A stretch of DNA of 40,509 nt from a virus, in the IMG/VR virus record IMGVR_UViG_3300006131_000033, one strand, 5' to 3'. The notes under the pieces were generated by a model. The model saw only the letters and a list, made by a program, of their open reading frames with translations, did no database searches and was not told the DNA's origin. Positions 8,234 through 15,639 of this stretch are shown piece after piece (within the stretch, counting starts at the first letter, position 1; each line of letters starts with the position of its first letter). The translations under genes were made by a program, and so were the position numbers.

Positions 8234-8277
8234 CCGCTCTTTCATGGTCGCACATGGAAGAGCGGTATTTTATATTT
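8234..8277 (+). terminator. Intrinsic terminator hairpin (better U-tract on the plus strand; may act bidirectionally)
   Basis: CCGCTCTTTCATG / CATGGAAGAGCGG, a 13-bp stem with one mismatch and a 6-nt loop, followed by TATTTTATATTT. Confidence 0.5.
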
Positions 8278-8908
8278 GCCATTCCTCCGCTGCAGTCAGA
8301 ACCATATAGGCATAGGTACGGTCACCTGTGTCATACCCGGCGTTGTAGGCCGTCAGAGCCGCCCCCAGATCGCCGTCATACCGTTCCAACTGATAGGCCA
8401 GATACTCAATACCAGTGCGGATGTTGTCAGCCGGGGATAGGCCCGTAGGGAAATACTGGGGGTTAAGCTGACAGTAGCCGTAACAACCACTTCTCTCGTT
8501 CAGAGCGTCCGCCCGAAAACTGCTTTCCACCTGGATCAACCCCAGCCCAATAGCGGGGCTGATATGACCAGCTTCGCAGGTCTCCAGCAGGGCGGTCATC
8601 TCCTTGTCGGTCAACGGTGCATCCCAACCCCCGCCGGTAACTTGCTCCTCCCGGCCGGTCTCCACCGTTTCCAACAGGGAAAGGACTGCGGCAGAAGGAA
8701 TGTCTAACTTGCTTGACTGGGGTTCAGTAGCAGGGGCATCCTTTGCCAAGACCCTAATAGCGATGCCTTCCAAAAGCCCAAGCACAATGGCAACGGTGAT
8801 AGCTCCCATAAAAAAGCTGTGCAGGTCAAACTCACGCTTTGCTTTTGCTTCGGTTATTTCGACCAAAGTCTTGGGGTTGTGAAGGGTCACAACTCTTTCG
8901 TATATCAT
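8270..8908 (-). CDS. Membrane-anchored lytic transglycosylase (SLT domain)
   Basis: TM segment FFMGAITVAIVLGLLEGIAI. SLT motifs are GLIQVESSF, GYCQL and ALTAYNAG. Confidence 0.75.
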   Translation of the reverse strand: MIYERVVTLHNPKTLVEITEAKAKREFDLHSFFMGAITVAIVLGLLEGIAIRVLAKDAPATEPQSSKLDIPSAAVLSLLETVETGREEQVTGGGWDAPLTDKEMTALLETCEAGHISPAIGLGLIQVESSFRADALNERSGCYGYCQLNPQYFPTGLSPADNIRTGIEYLAYQLERYDGDLGAALTAYNAGYDTGDRTYAYMVLTAAEEWQI

Positions 8909-9180
8909 GCTTTCTCTCCTTCCGGGGAATATGGCACCCCGACAATTTCACAAATCTCTTTACCAGTGAGGTGGAGCTGTCGTGCAAGTTTGGAAGCCCG
9001 GTCAAATCCAAAACCACGGTAAAGGTCTTTCTTTCGTTTGGCATAGGTACTCTGTCCCATCCCCATGGTCTTGGCCACATCTTGGTCACGGGGAAGATCC
9101 ATATCAACTCTTGCCCTCGCAATGGCTCTTTGAAGGGCTTTCTCCCGTTGCTGCTGGTCAGTCAGGCGCGGGCGGGGCAT
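8905..9180 (-). CDS. Hypothetical protein, possible HTH
   Basis: Start moved to ATG 9180 (GGGGGGAGG upstream). ATGA overlap with the next gene. Confidence 0.55.
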   Translation of the reverse strand: MPRPRLTDQQQREKALQRAIARARVDMDLPRDQDVAKTMGMGQSTYAKRKKDLYRGFGFDRASKLARQLHLTGKEICEIVGVPYSPEGEKA

Positions 9181-9383
9181 ACGCCTCCCCCCTTCCGGGC
9201 AACTCCTGTTTGGTGCCATCCGTCAGACAGCCGGGCCATAGCGATCTTGGCCCCACGCTCGGTCCGGTAGTTCTTGGTATGAATCAGGCGGCCGTTTCTT
9301 CCCCTGACGGTCAAACAGACACCGCCGCTCTTGGCCGTGCGGATAGTAGCCACGCAGCCATAGAAGTCGTGGTAAATCTTCAT
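9162..9383 (-). CDS. Small hypothetical protein
   Basis: Start moved to ATG 9383 (AAGGAGAAG upstream). Translation is MKIYHDFYGCVATIRTAKSGGVCLTVRG... Confidence 0.55.
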   Translation of the reverse strand: MKIYHDFYGCVATIRTAKSGGVCLTVRGRNGRLIHTKNYRTERGAKIAMARLSDGWHQTGVARKGGGVCPARA

Positions 9384-9420
9384 AGGATACTTCTCCTTTC
9401 CGTCCTTTTTATTGGACAGG

Positions 9421-9636
9421 TCATGTGGTACGCTGGGACTGATCCAGTTCAATAATGCGGGCGATAGGGACACTGAACGCCTCCGCAAGCCCAGCGGCTA
9501 CGGTGACATCCATCTTCTTCTGACGGTCACCATTCTCGATAGCGCAGTAGTAGCTTTCGGAAATGTGAAGTCTATCACCCATTTCCTTCATAGTGTAGCC
9601 CTTCTCAATGCGCAAAATTTTTAGCCATTCTCTCAT
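9421..9636 (-). CDS. Cro-like XRE-family HTH regulator
   Basis: LRIEKGYTMKEMGDRLHISESYYCAIENG is an XRE HTH. First gene of the minus-strand early operon, divergent from the repressor. Confidence 0.8.
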   Translation of the reverse strand: MREWLKILRIEKGYTMKEMGDRLHISESYYCAIENGDRQKKMDVTVAAGLAEAFSVPIARIIELDQSQRTT

Positions 9637-9790
9637 TTTTTCACCCCCCTAAACTTCTCAAATTGTGAAGTTCAAGAGTATAATAAACCTATCTTCTCAA
9701 AATGTCAAGTTTTTTCTTGTCAATTTGAAAAGTTCTATTTACTTTTCATTTTGTGAAGTGTAGAATGGGAGCAGAAAGGGAGGGAGCGAT
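9637..9790. promoter_or_regulatory. Divergent lysis-lysogeny switch with four 17-bp operators and two promoters
   Basis: Operators are CTTnTCAwwwTGnnAAG at 9654-9670, 9693-9709, 9716-9732 and 9742-9758. Minus-strand promoter: TTGACA (9703-9708), 17 nt, TATTAT (9680-9685). Plus-strand promoter: TTTACT (9738-9743), 17 nt, TAGAAT (9761-9766). Confidence 0.7.
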
Positions 9791-10135
9791 GTGCAAAACC
9801 GTATTCGTGAAATCAGAAAGGCTCTTGGCCTCACAATGAAAGAATTGGGTGAGAGGGTTGACGCCGCTGAGAGTACAATATCCCAATATGAGACAGGGAA
9901 ACGGCAACCAGACAATGAAACCTTATTAAAACTGGGAGAGGCTTTAGATGTATCTGTCGGTTATCTGCTCGGCGTTGAGCCGAGAGAGGGTGACCGAGTT
10001 GTTACTATGGATGACTTCACCTATGCCCTACAGAACGAGGCCAAGACGCTCACTGATATGGACAAGCAGATATTGCTATCAATGGCGAAACAGTTGAATG
10101 AAGCGAGGCAGAAGAAAGATGAGGGAACTGACTGA
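9791..10135 (+). CDS. CI-like XRE-family repressor
   Basis: IREIRKALGLTMKELGERVDAAESTISQYETGKRQP is an XRE HTH. GTG start after GGGAGGGAG. Confidence 0.85.
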   Translation: MQNRIREIRKALGLTMKELGERVDAAESTISQYETGKRQPDNETLLKLGEALDVSVGYLLGVEPREGDRVVTMDDFTYALQNEAKTLTDMDKQILLSMAKQLNEARQKKDEGTD

Positions 10136-10583
10136 TATTTACAAGTGGTTTGAGGATAGGGATATTCTACTGTTTGACCGTCAACTGCCGTTCAGTAATG
10201 AGCAGTCGAAGGCCATAACGATCCGGTTGCGGGGCAACGATGTCACCGGGGTATTCCTTGACTTGGGCCGCATTGATACCTCCGCAGAAGAAGCCGTCAC
10301 CCTTCTCCATGAAGGTGGGCATTGTGCTACTGGAACCACCCACGCCATCGTTAGCCCCTTTGACCTGATAGCAAAGCACGAATACAAAGCAGATAAATGG
10401 GCTGTTCAGGGGGCCGTCACCAAAGAAGAGTTGGAAAATGCCCGAAAAAACGGATATAGAGAGATTTATGAGCTGGCCGATTTCTTCAATCTCACCGAGT
10501 CCTTTATGAAAAAAGTGGTTTGCTGGTACGACCATGGAAATCTCGATGTAGACCTCTACTATCCAAATATTGAAACAGCATAG
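10119..10583 (+). CDS. ImmA/IrrE-family zinc metallopeptidase (anti-repressor protease)
   Basis: HEGGH (HExxH) motif. It overlaps the end of the repressor gene, the ImmR/ImmA-type pairing. Confidence 0.75.
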   Translation: MRELTDIYKWFEDRDILLFDRQLPFSNEQSKAITIRLRGNDVTGVFLDLGRIDTSAEEAVTLLHEGGHCATGTTHAIVSPFDLIAKHEYKADKWAVQGAVTKEELENARKNGYREIYELADFFNLTESFMKKVVCWYDHGNLDVDLYYPNIETA

Positions 10584-10599
10584 AGGGAAGGGTAAGAAA

Positions 10600-11907
10600 A
10601 TGAAGAAACCGCCAAAATCTCGCATGACTTTTAATGATTTTTTTACGTTTTCTGGGTTAATCCTCGGATGTACATTTCTGCTTGTCCTCAAAAACGGGTG
10701 GTCATCTGATAGCGTTTGGGAAAAATTACTTATTTCCTTAATGGCAATTGGGTCGTTCTCCATATCCTTCAGCCGAAGGGCGAGGTATATTGTGGGTGCA
10801 ATCTTTTTTGGAATTGAAGCCGTCTTTATGTTATACCTGTCTGTCATAAATTGGGAGTGGAATATTGACTATATATTATTTACTGTTCTTGTTTGCTGCG
10901 TCTTTTTAATCCCTTGCGCTTTTCTGCTTGCAAAAGGATTAGACGGTAAAAGAAGCGTTTCGATTTCCAATGTCGATGTTATGACTGGCCCGCAATTTGA
11001 GGCTTTTTGTGGAGAATTGCTAAAACAGAACGGATTCCAGAATGTCCAAGTAATGGGTGGTTCTGGAGACCAGGGCGTGGACATCATTGCAAAAAAGGAA
11101 GGTCTTCGGTACGCTATACAGTGTAAGCGGTATTCAAGCAAATTGGGAAATACCCCAGTTCAAGAGGTTTTTTCGGGAAGAGTCCATTACGGATGCGATA
11201 TAGCCGTGGTAATGACAAATAACTATTTTACGGCAGGAGCGGCGGAGCTTGCCAGGTCAACCGGAGTTTTTCTTTGGGATAGAGACTGGATAAGTAATCA
11301 TATGCCCAGAAAGCAGAAAACGAGGAAGGCAAAATATTTAACATTTCGTTGGAGAAAACAAAAAGCGAAAAAAGAAAATTCTCTTGTGGATGCCCTATTA
11401 GAATACCTACCAAACATAAGCGACCAGTGGCATTTTACATTTCTGTGTGCCGATATATTGGAAAGCTACGGATTTCACTATGTGCAAATAAAGGACAACC
11501 GAGATATAATTGGGGCAAATTTGTGTGGAATGTTCGATGATAAATGGTATGTGATAAGTTGTGTTTTTACCGAAGGAATTGTGAATGCGGAAATTGTAAA
11601 TGCGATTTTGCGAGATAGGGATTCTTACAAAGTGGATTATGCCGCAATTATGACAACGGGTCATTTTGATGACATCCCCTCTGTTCCTGGCCTCTTTTTG
11701 TGGGATTACGAGTGGATAGTGAGCCACCCGCCAAAGCAGACATCAAGTCTTGAACAGTATCAATTATGGATTCAAGATCACGAGAGCATGGATAAGAATT
11801 TTGAGGAACAAGAAAGTATTAACCTATCTGATTTTGAGATAATGCAAATTTTAGGCCAGGAGAGGATATGGCGCAATAGACAAGCGGCGGGTCTCGACAA
11901 CGATTGA
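10600..11907 (+). CDS. Membrane protein with four TM helices and tandem Mrr_cat-like (PD-(D/E)XK) domains, the second degenerate
   Basis: TM segments are FFTFSGLILGCTFLLVL, LLISLMAIGSFSISF, IVGAIFFGIEAVFMLYLSVI and ILFTVLVCCVFLIPCAFLLA. Domain 1 reads FEAFCGELLKQNGF..GDQGVDIIA..YAIQCKRY..FLWDRDWI. Domain 2 reads FTFLCADILESYGF..RDIIGA..WYVISCVF..FLWDYEWI. The region is AT-richer than its flanks. Confidence 0.75.
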   Translation: MKKPPKSRMTFNDFFTFSGLILGCTFLLVLKNGWSSDSVWEKLLISLMAIGSFSISFSRRARYIVGAIFFGIEAVFMLYLSVINWEWNIDYILFTVLVCCVFLIPCAFLLAKGLDGKRSVSISNVDVMTGPQFEAFCGELLKQNGFQNVQVMGGSGDQGVDIIAKKEGLRYAIQCKRYSSKLGNTPVQEVFSGRVHYGCDIAVVMTNNYFTAGAAELARSTGVFLWDRDWISNHMPRKQKTRKAKYLTFRWRKQKAKKENSLVDALLEYLPNISDQWHFTFLCADILESYGFHYVQIKDNRDIIGANLCGMFDDKWYVISCVFTEGIVNAEIVNAILRDRDSYKVDYAAIMTTGHFDDIPSVPGLFLWDYEWIVSHPPKQTSSLEQYQLWIQDHESMDKNFEEQESINLSDFEIMQILGQERIWRNRQAAGLDND

Positions 11908-12012
11908 CCAAAGCAGAAGCCGGTAGCTACTCCAATGAAAGAACCCGTCCACTCTCGTGAACGGCGAAAGTGAAGGACCATTTTGTTAGCGTCAACAAAA
12001 AGGAGTATCCGA

Positions 12013-12867
12013 ATGGAAAAGGAATTGATCGCCAGACTGAAGCTGACCTTTGATGACATCGCCCACCAGACAGAGGACGGAGTGGAGTACTGGCTTGCCC
12101 GGGAGCTGCAGGATGTGCTGGGATATGCCAAATGGGATAAATTTCAAAATGTTCTTGAAAAGGCCATTATATCCTGTGAGAACAGCGGCAATAAAAGTTT
12201 AGACCATTTTCTCCAAGTGGGGAAAATGGTTCCCATCGGTTCAGGTGCAGAGAGGGAAATTGAAGACTTTATGCTCACCCGCTACGCCTGCTATCTGATT
12301 GCCATGAACGGCGACAGTTCTAAGAATGAAATTGCCTTTGCGCAGAGCTACTTTGCCGTCCAAACACGGAAGCAAGAGATTATTGAGGAGCGGCTTGAAC
12401 TGATCCACAGGCTTCAACTTCGGGAACAACTGCGTGATGCAGAAAAGAGACTATCTCAAAACATATACGATCGTGGCGTAGATGACAGCGGATTTGCCCG
12501 TATCCGTTCAAAGGGCGATAAGGCCCTCTTTGGTGGGCTTACCACCCAGCAGATGAAGGATCGTTATGGAGTCAAGAGCGGCGCCCTGGCTGACAAGCTC
12601 CCGGCGGTTACTATTGCGGCTAAAACCCTTGCAACAGAGATGACTAATTTGAATATTGAGCAAAAAGATATTCAGGGAGAGCAGCCTATCACAGACGAGC
12701 ATGTCCAGAACAATAGAAGTATCCGGAAGATGTTGACTGACCGTGGCATTCGCCCGGAAACACTTCCACCTGAGGAGGATATCAAAAAGCTGGAACGCAG
12801 AGTGAAGAAGGAAGAAAAGCAGCTCGCCGACAAGGAAAAAATAAATCCTCCAGAAACAGAGCAATAA
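12013..12867 (+). CDS. dinD: DinD-like (DNA-damage-inducible protein D family) protein
   Basis: Collinear with E. coli DinD as I recall it: W.ARELQ..LGY, CENSG, LTRYACYL, FAVQTRKQE, LFGG. ATG 12013 after AAAAGGAG. Confidence 0.75.
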   Translation: MEKELIARLKLTFDDIAHQTEDGVEYWLARELQDVLGYAKWDKFQNVLEKAIISCENSGNKSLDHFLQVGKMVPIGSGAEREIEDFMLTRYACYLIAMNGDSSKNEIAFAQSYFAVQTRKQEIIEERLELIHRLQLREQLRDAEKRLSQNIYDRGVDDSGFARIRSKGDKALFGGLTTQQMKDRYGVKSGALADKLPAVTIAAKTLATEMTNLNIEQKDIQGEQPITDEHVQNNRSIRKMLTDRGIRPETLPPEEDIKKLERRVKKEEKQLADKEKINPPETEQ

Positions 12868-12997
12868 AAAACCGCCCCCGATGCGCCAACACCGAGAGCG
12901 GAAGATGCAAAGACCCGACCAACCACGATCAAGGCCCTACTGCCCACTTATTCTACAACAAAAAGGGCGGGGCCGCAAGCGAAAGGAGAAATTTTGC

Positions 12998-14056
12998 TTG
13001 AAAGTACCAAAGGCCCGCAAGCTGCCATCGGGGGTGTGGTTCATCCAACTGCGTTTAGGCGGGGAAAGTATTCCCGTCTCGGCACGGACGGAAAAAGAAT
13101 GTATCAGGCAGGCTCAGCTTATCAAGGCCGAGCATCTGACCGGGAAACGCAGAAAAAGCGAAAAGATACAGGATAAAGACGCCACACTTGGAGAGGCAAT
13201 AGACGCTTATATCGCTTCAAGGTCAAATGTCATATCCCCTTCCACGCTGACCGGATACGATAAAATCAGGCGGACAAGGTTTCAAGATGAGATGGGGCGG
13301 GAGTTGTCATTGATCCTACCGAGAGAATGGGTGTCCATCGTAAACAAAGAGGCATCACTCGTTGGAGCAAAAACACTAAAAAATGCCTGGGCGCTCGTTC
13401 GGTCATCGGTCAAATATTATACCGGTGAGCAGCTTCCAGAAGTACCTCTTCCCCAGTCTGTACCAAATGAGAGACCATTTCTCGACCCGGAGCAAATAAA
13501 GATATTTATGGGCGCAATTCACGGGGGAAAATACGAGATTCCCTTACTTTTGGCCTTGTCCAGTTTGCGGCAATCGGAAATATTGGGATTGCAATGGGGA
13601 CAGGTGGACCTAAAAAGACGGGTAATACACGTCAAAGGATCTGTTGTTTACTCAAAGGGCGGGATGGTGGCGAAGCCAGAAAATAAAAACAGAAGCTCAA
13701 CGAGAACCGTTCCCATATTGATGGATGAATTATATAATGCACTCAAAAGCGAGCAAAAAACGACAGGACCGGTGGCATATTATGCGCCAACAACAATGAG
13801 GCGATATATCCTATCTATCTGTGAGGAAAATGGATTGCCATCGGTCTCTATACATTGCTTGCGCCACTCATTTGCATCGCTGGCCTACCATCTGGGAGTG
13901 CCAGAAAAGGTTACAATGGAAATCGGTGGGTGGTCCGATGACCACACCATGAAGAAAATATATACTCATATAGCGCGGTCAGATATAGACCGTTACACAG
14001 CAGCCTTCGGTGATTTTTTCTCAAAAAACGCTAACGAGAATGCTAATCAAGAATAA
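12998..14056 (+). CDS. int: Tyrosine recombinase / phage integrase
   Basis: LRQSEILGL (Arg box), HCLRHSF (HxxR) and KIYTHI (catalytic Tyr). Start set at TTG 12998 after GGAG. The open frame extends to 12881, but that extension is low-complexity basic. Confidence 0.85.
   Translation: MKVPKARKLPSGVWFIQLRLGGESIPVSARTEKECIRQAQLIKAEHLTGKRRKSEKIQDKDATLGEAIDAYIASRSNVISPSTLTGYDKIRRTRFQDEMGRELSLILPREWVSIVNKEASLVGAKTLKNAWALVRSSVKYYTGEQLPEVPLPQSVPNERPFLDPEQIKIFMGAIHGGKYEIPLLLALSSLRQSEILGLQWGQVDLKRRVIHVKGSVVYSKGGMVAKPENKNRSSTRTVPILMDELYNALKSEQKTTGPVAYYAPTTMRRYILSICEENGLPSVSIHCLRHSFASLAYHLGVPEKVTMEIGGWSDDHTMKKIYTHIARSDIDRYTAAFGDFFSKNANENANQE
14023..14053 (+). repeat. att-flanking direct repeat, left copy (inside the int 3' end)
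   Basis: AAAAAACGCTAACGAGAATGCTAATCAAGAA matches 14253-14283 at 25 of 31 positions. Confidence 0.55.
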
Positions 14057-14090
14057 GATACATTGCAGAGCAAGCGGTTTAAGGTTTCTA

Positions 14091-14120
14091 TTCGGGGTTC
14101 GACTCCCCCCGCCTCCACCA
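14091..14120 (+). other. attP core candidate: 3' end of a tRNA/tmRNA-like gene (T-arm, acceptor 3' strand, ACCA)
   Basis: TTCGGGGTTCGACTCCCCCCGCCTCCACCA lies immediately after int. No complete cloverleaf is found upstream. The 3' strand CGCCTCC with discriminator A is compatible with a tmRNA/Ala-type GGGGGCG acceptor or with GGAGGCG. Confidence 0.55.
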
Positions 14121-14130
14121 GAATGAAAAA

Positions 14131-14162
14131 CCCTGTATCTGAAATAGATACAGGGTTTTTCT
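14131..14162 (+). terminator. Intrinsic terminator after int and the tRNA-like end
   Basis: CCCTGTATCT-GAAAT-AGATACAGGG followed by TTTTTCT. Confidence 0.75.
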
Positions 14163-14252
14163 TACTCTTCCAAGGGCATTTGCGGGTTTTTATTTTATTC
14201 CGAAGAGGAAAAATTTTTCCCGTTTTTGGGTCAAAAAACACCTTCCTGAAAG

Positions 14253-14283
14253 AAAAAATGCTAATGAAAATGCTAATGAAAAG
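14253..14283 (+). repeat. att-flanking direct repeat, right copy (contains tandem TGCTAATGAAAA x2)
   Basis: AAAAAATGCTAATGAAAATGCTAATGAAAAG. See 14023-14053. Confidence 0.55.
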
Positions 14284-14312
14284 ACTCCCAGTGGTTAGCC
14301 ACTGGGAGTCTT
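14281..14312. terminator. Bidirectional terminator hairpin ending the late (lysis) operon
   Basis: AAGACTCCCAGTGG-TTAG-CCACTGGGAGTCTT, a 14-bp perfect stem with T-rich tracts on both sides, 3 nt after the holin stop. Confidence 0.75.
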
Positions 14313-14315
14313 TTC

Positions 14316-14783
14316 TTACATATCTGTATTATCTTTTTTGTCCGCCGCCTTATCCACCGTATCACGCAGCGCCGCAATAGCCTTCACCATCCAGCCGGCC
14401 ACAGGCGCCCCCATCTTGCCGGCGTTCTCGATGATGCTCCCCGCCTCAGTAAGTATGTACCAGGCGATCATCAGCGGGCACAAAAGCACAGTATAGCGGA
14501 TCGGCAGAGCTTGTCCCATATTATCCAGCAAAAGACTCATCACAAGGTCCAGCAAGCCCGCCACCGACACGGCAGCAATACACCCCGCTTTGTGCCACAA
14601 CCCATCACGGGCTACAGCACTGGACCATTTGCCGGTTTTCAGGGCGGCCCCCATGCCTGTGAGGACATCCATCCCCATGGACACCGCCCAGGCCACTACC
14701 AACCACCCAAACCAGCCCCAGAGGGCCGTCAGGAGGCCCAGAGCAGCACTTACCGCCGCCTTAAAATGATTAACCTGCTCCAT
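14316..14783 (-). CDS. Holin (Phage_holin_4_1-like)
   Basis: Multiple TM segments. MDVLTGMGAALKTGKWSS and YILTEAGSIIENAGKMGAP match holin family 4 motifs. Adjacent to the endolysin. Confidence 0.8.
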   Translation of the reverse strand: MEQVNHFKAAVSAALGLLTALWGWFGWLVVAWAVSMGMDVLTGMGAALKTGKWSSAVARDGLWHKAGCIAAVSVAGLLDLVMSLLLDNMGQALPIRYTVLLCPLMIAWYILTEAGSIIENAGKMGAPVAGWMVKAIAALRDTVDKAADKKDNTDM

Positions 14784-14787
14784 GGTT

Positions 14788-15525
14788 TTACCTCCCCTCG
14801 ATGGCGGGCTTGTCGAACAGCCCGGCCCTATTCATCAAAATGATGGTCTGAATGTTCGGTTCCCACAAGCCCATAGAGCCATCTTCAGCGAGATTAATAT
14901 AACCGTTCTGGATGGCCTTTGTGACGGCCTCCTGACCATACGGCAGTTCATTGACATACTTATACAATTTCATGTTGTCCTCCTCTGTATTATCCGCCAT
15001 ACTGGCGTAGTCCGGGCAGCAGTAGCCCCGGATATACCGGCCGTTGATTTGGATGGTCCGGTCTCCCACCACGCTGGAGCTTCCCATATTTCCCTCTGTG
15101 ATGGTCATGGTGTTCCCCCGTACCTTTGTTACAAACCCCACATGGTTGGGGGCGTTCCTCTGGTCGGTGGTGGCGTAGTCCTTACCATCGCCCCAGTAGT
15201 ACATGATGATGTCTCCAATTTTCGGCACATAGGCATCATCTTCCACCCACCGTCCTTTTGCTTTGTAGAGCGCAATCATGGCGGTACAGCTGCACTCCAC
15301 CGGCATGATTTCCGTCAGGTCAAGGGCGATGCCCACGGCGCTCACAAAGGTAGCACACCAGTTATCGGTATAGGTGACATTGTAGGGCCGCCCATTTCGC
15401 AGGGGACGGTCCGGGTAGGCGTTGTATGTATCCACAATAGCCCGGTGGACAGTTCCGCCCTTCTTTGCTCCCATGAAGGTACGGGCCTTATCTACAACGG
15501 TCTGCCTGATTTTCTGTTCTGTCAT
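14788..15525 (-). CDS. Endolysin, CHAP / NlpC-P60-like peptidase domain
   Basis: Start moved to ATG 15525 (AAGGAG 8 nt upstream). NWCATFVSAVG provides the catalytic Cys and NHVGFV the His. Sits in the lysis position. Confidence 0.7.
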   Translation of the reverse strand: MTEQKIRQTVVDKARTFMGAKKGGTVHRAIVDTYNAYPDRPLRNGRPYNVTYTDNWCATFVSAVGIALDLTEIMPVECSCTAMIALYKAKGRWVEDDAYVPKIGDIIMYYWGDGKDYATTDQRNAPNHVGFVTKVRGNTMTITEGNMGSSSVVGDRTIQINGRYIRGYCCPDYASMADNTEEDNMKLYKYVNELPYGQEAVTKAIQNGYINLAEDGSMGLWEPNIQTIILMNRAGLFDKPAIEGR

Positions 15526-15544
15526 GAGAATCACTCCTTTTTGT

Positions 15545-15639
15545 CTGATTCCGCCACCAAGGGCTACATAGATACCGCCGTCAGCGGCTTCTCCGGCCTT
15601 CTGACTGGTGGCAGCATAAGGAAAATCTGGGCGGGGGCG
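15545..15639. repeat. Inverted repeat IR-L (95 bp) of the tail-fibre inversion architecture
   Basis: It is the reverse complement of 16340-16434 with 4 transitions (91/95). It encodes ATKGYIDTAVSGFSGLLTGGSIRKIWAGA on the plus strand. Confidence 0.9.

Noticed and set aside
8073-8282. 69-aa minus-strand Cys-rich ORF (HCVDC...CGNKCC) in the early-operon gap
   Set aside because: It mirrors an equally long plus-strand ORF. Its start would lie inside the SLT gene and terminator hairpin, with no SD. It cannot be distinguished from chance without comparative or Ribo-seq data.
10167-10847. 226-aa minus-strand ORF across the ImmA/Mrr gene boundary
   Set aside because: It is antisense to two plus-strand genes with clear motifs (HEGGH, TM helices). 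It has no SD and a hydrophobic, low-complexity translation.
12881-12997. 39-codon N-terminal extension of the integrase ORF
   Set aside because: The translation (MRQHRERKMQRPDQPRSRPYCPLILQQKGRGRKRKEKFC) is basic and low in complexity and has no SD. Typical integrase N-termini begin near KARKLPSGVW, which is served by TTG 12998 after GGAG. The exact start remains uncertain.
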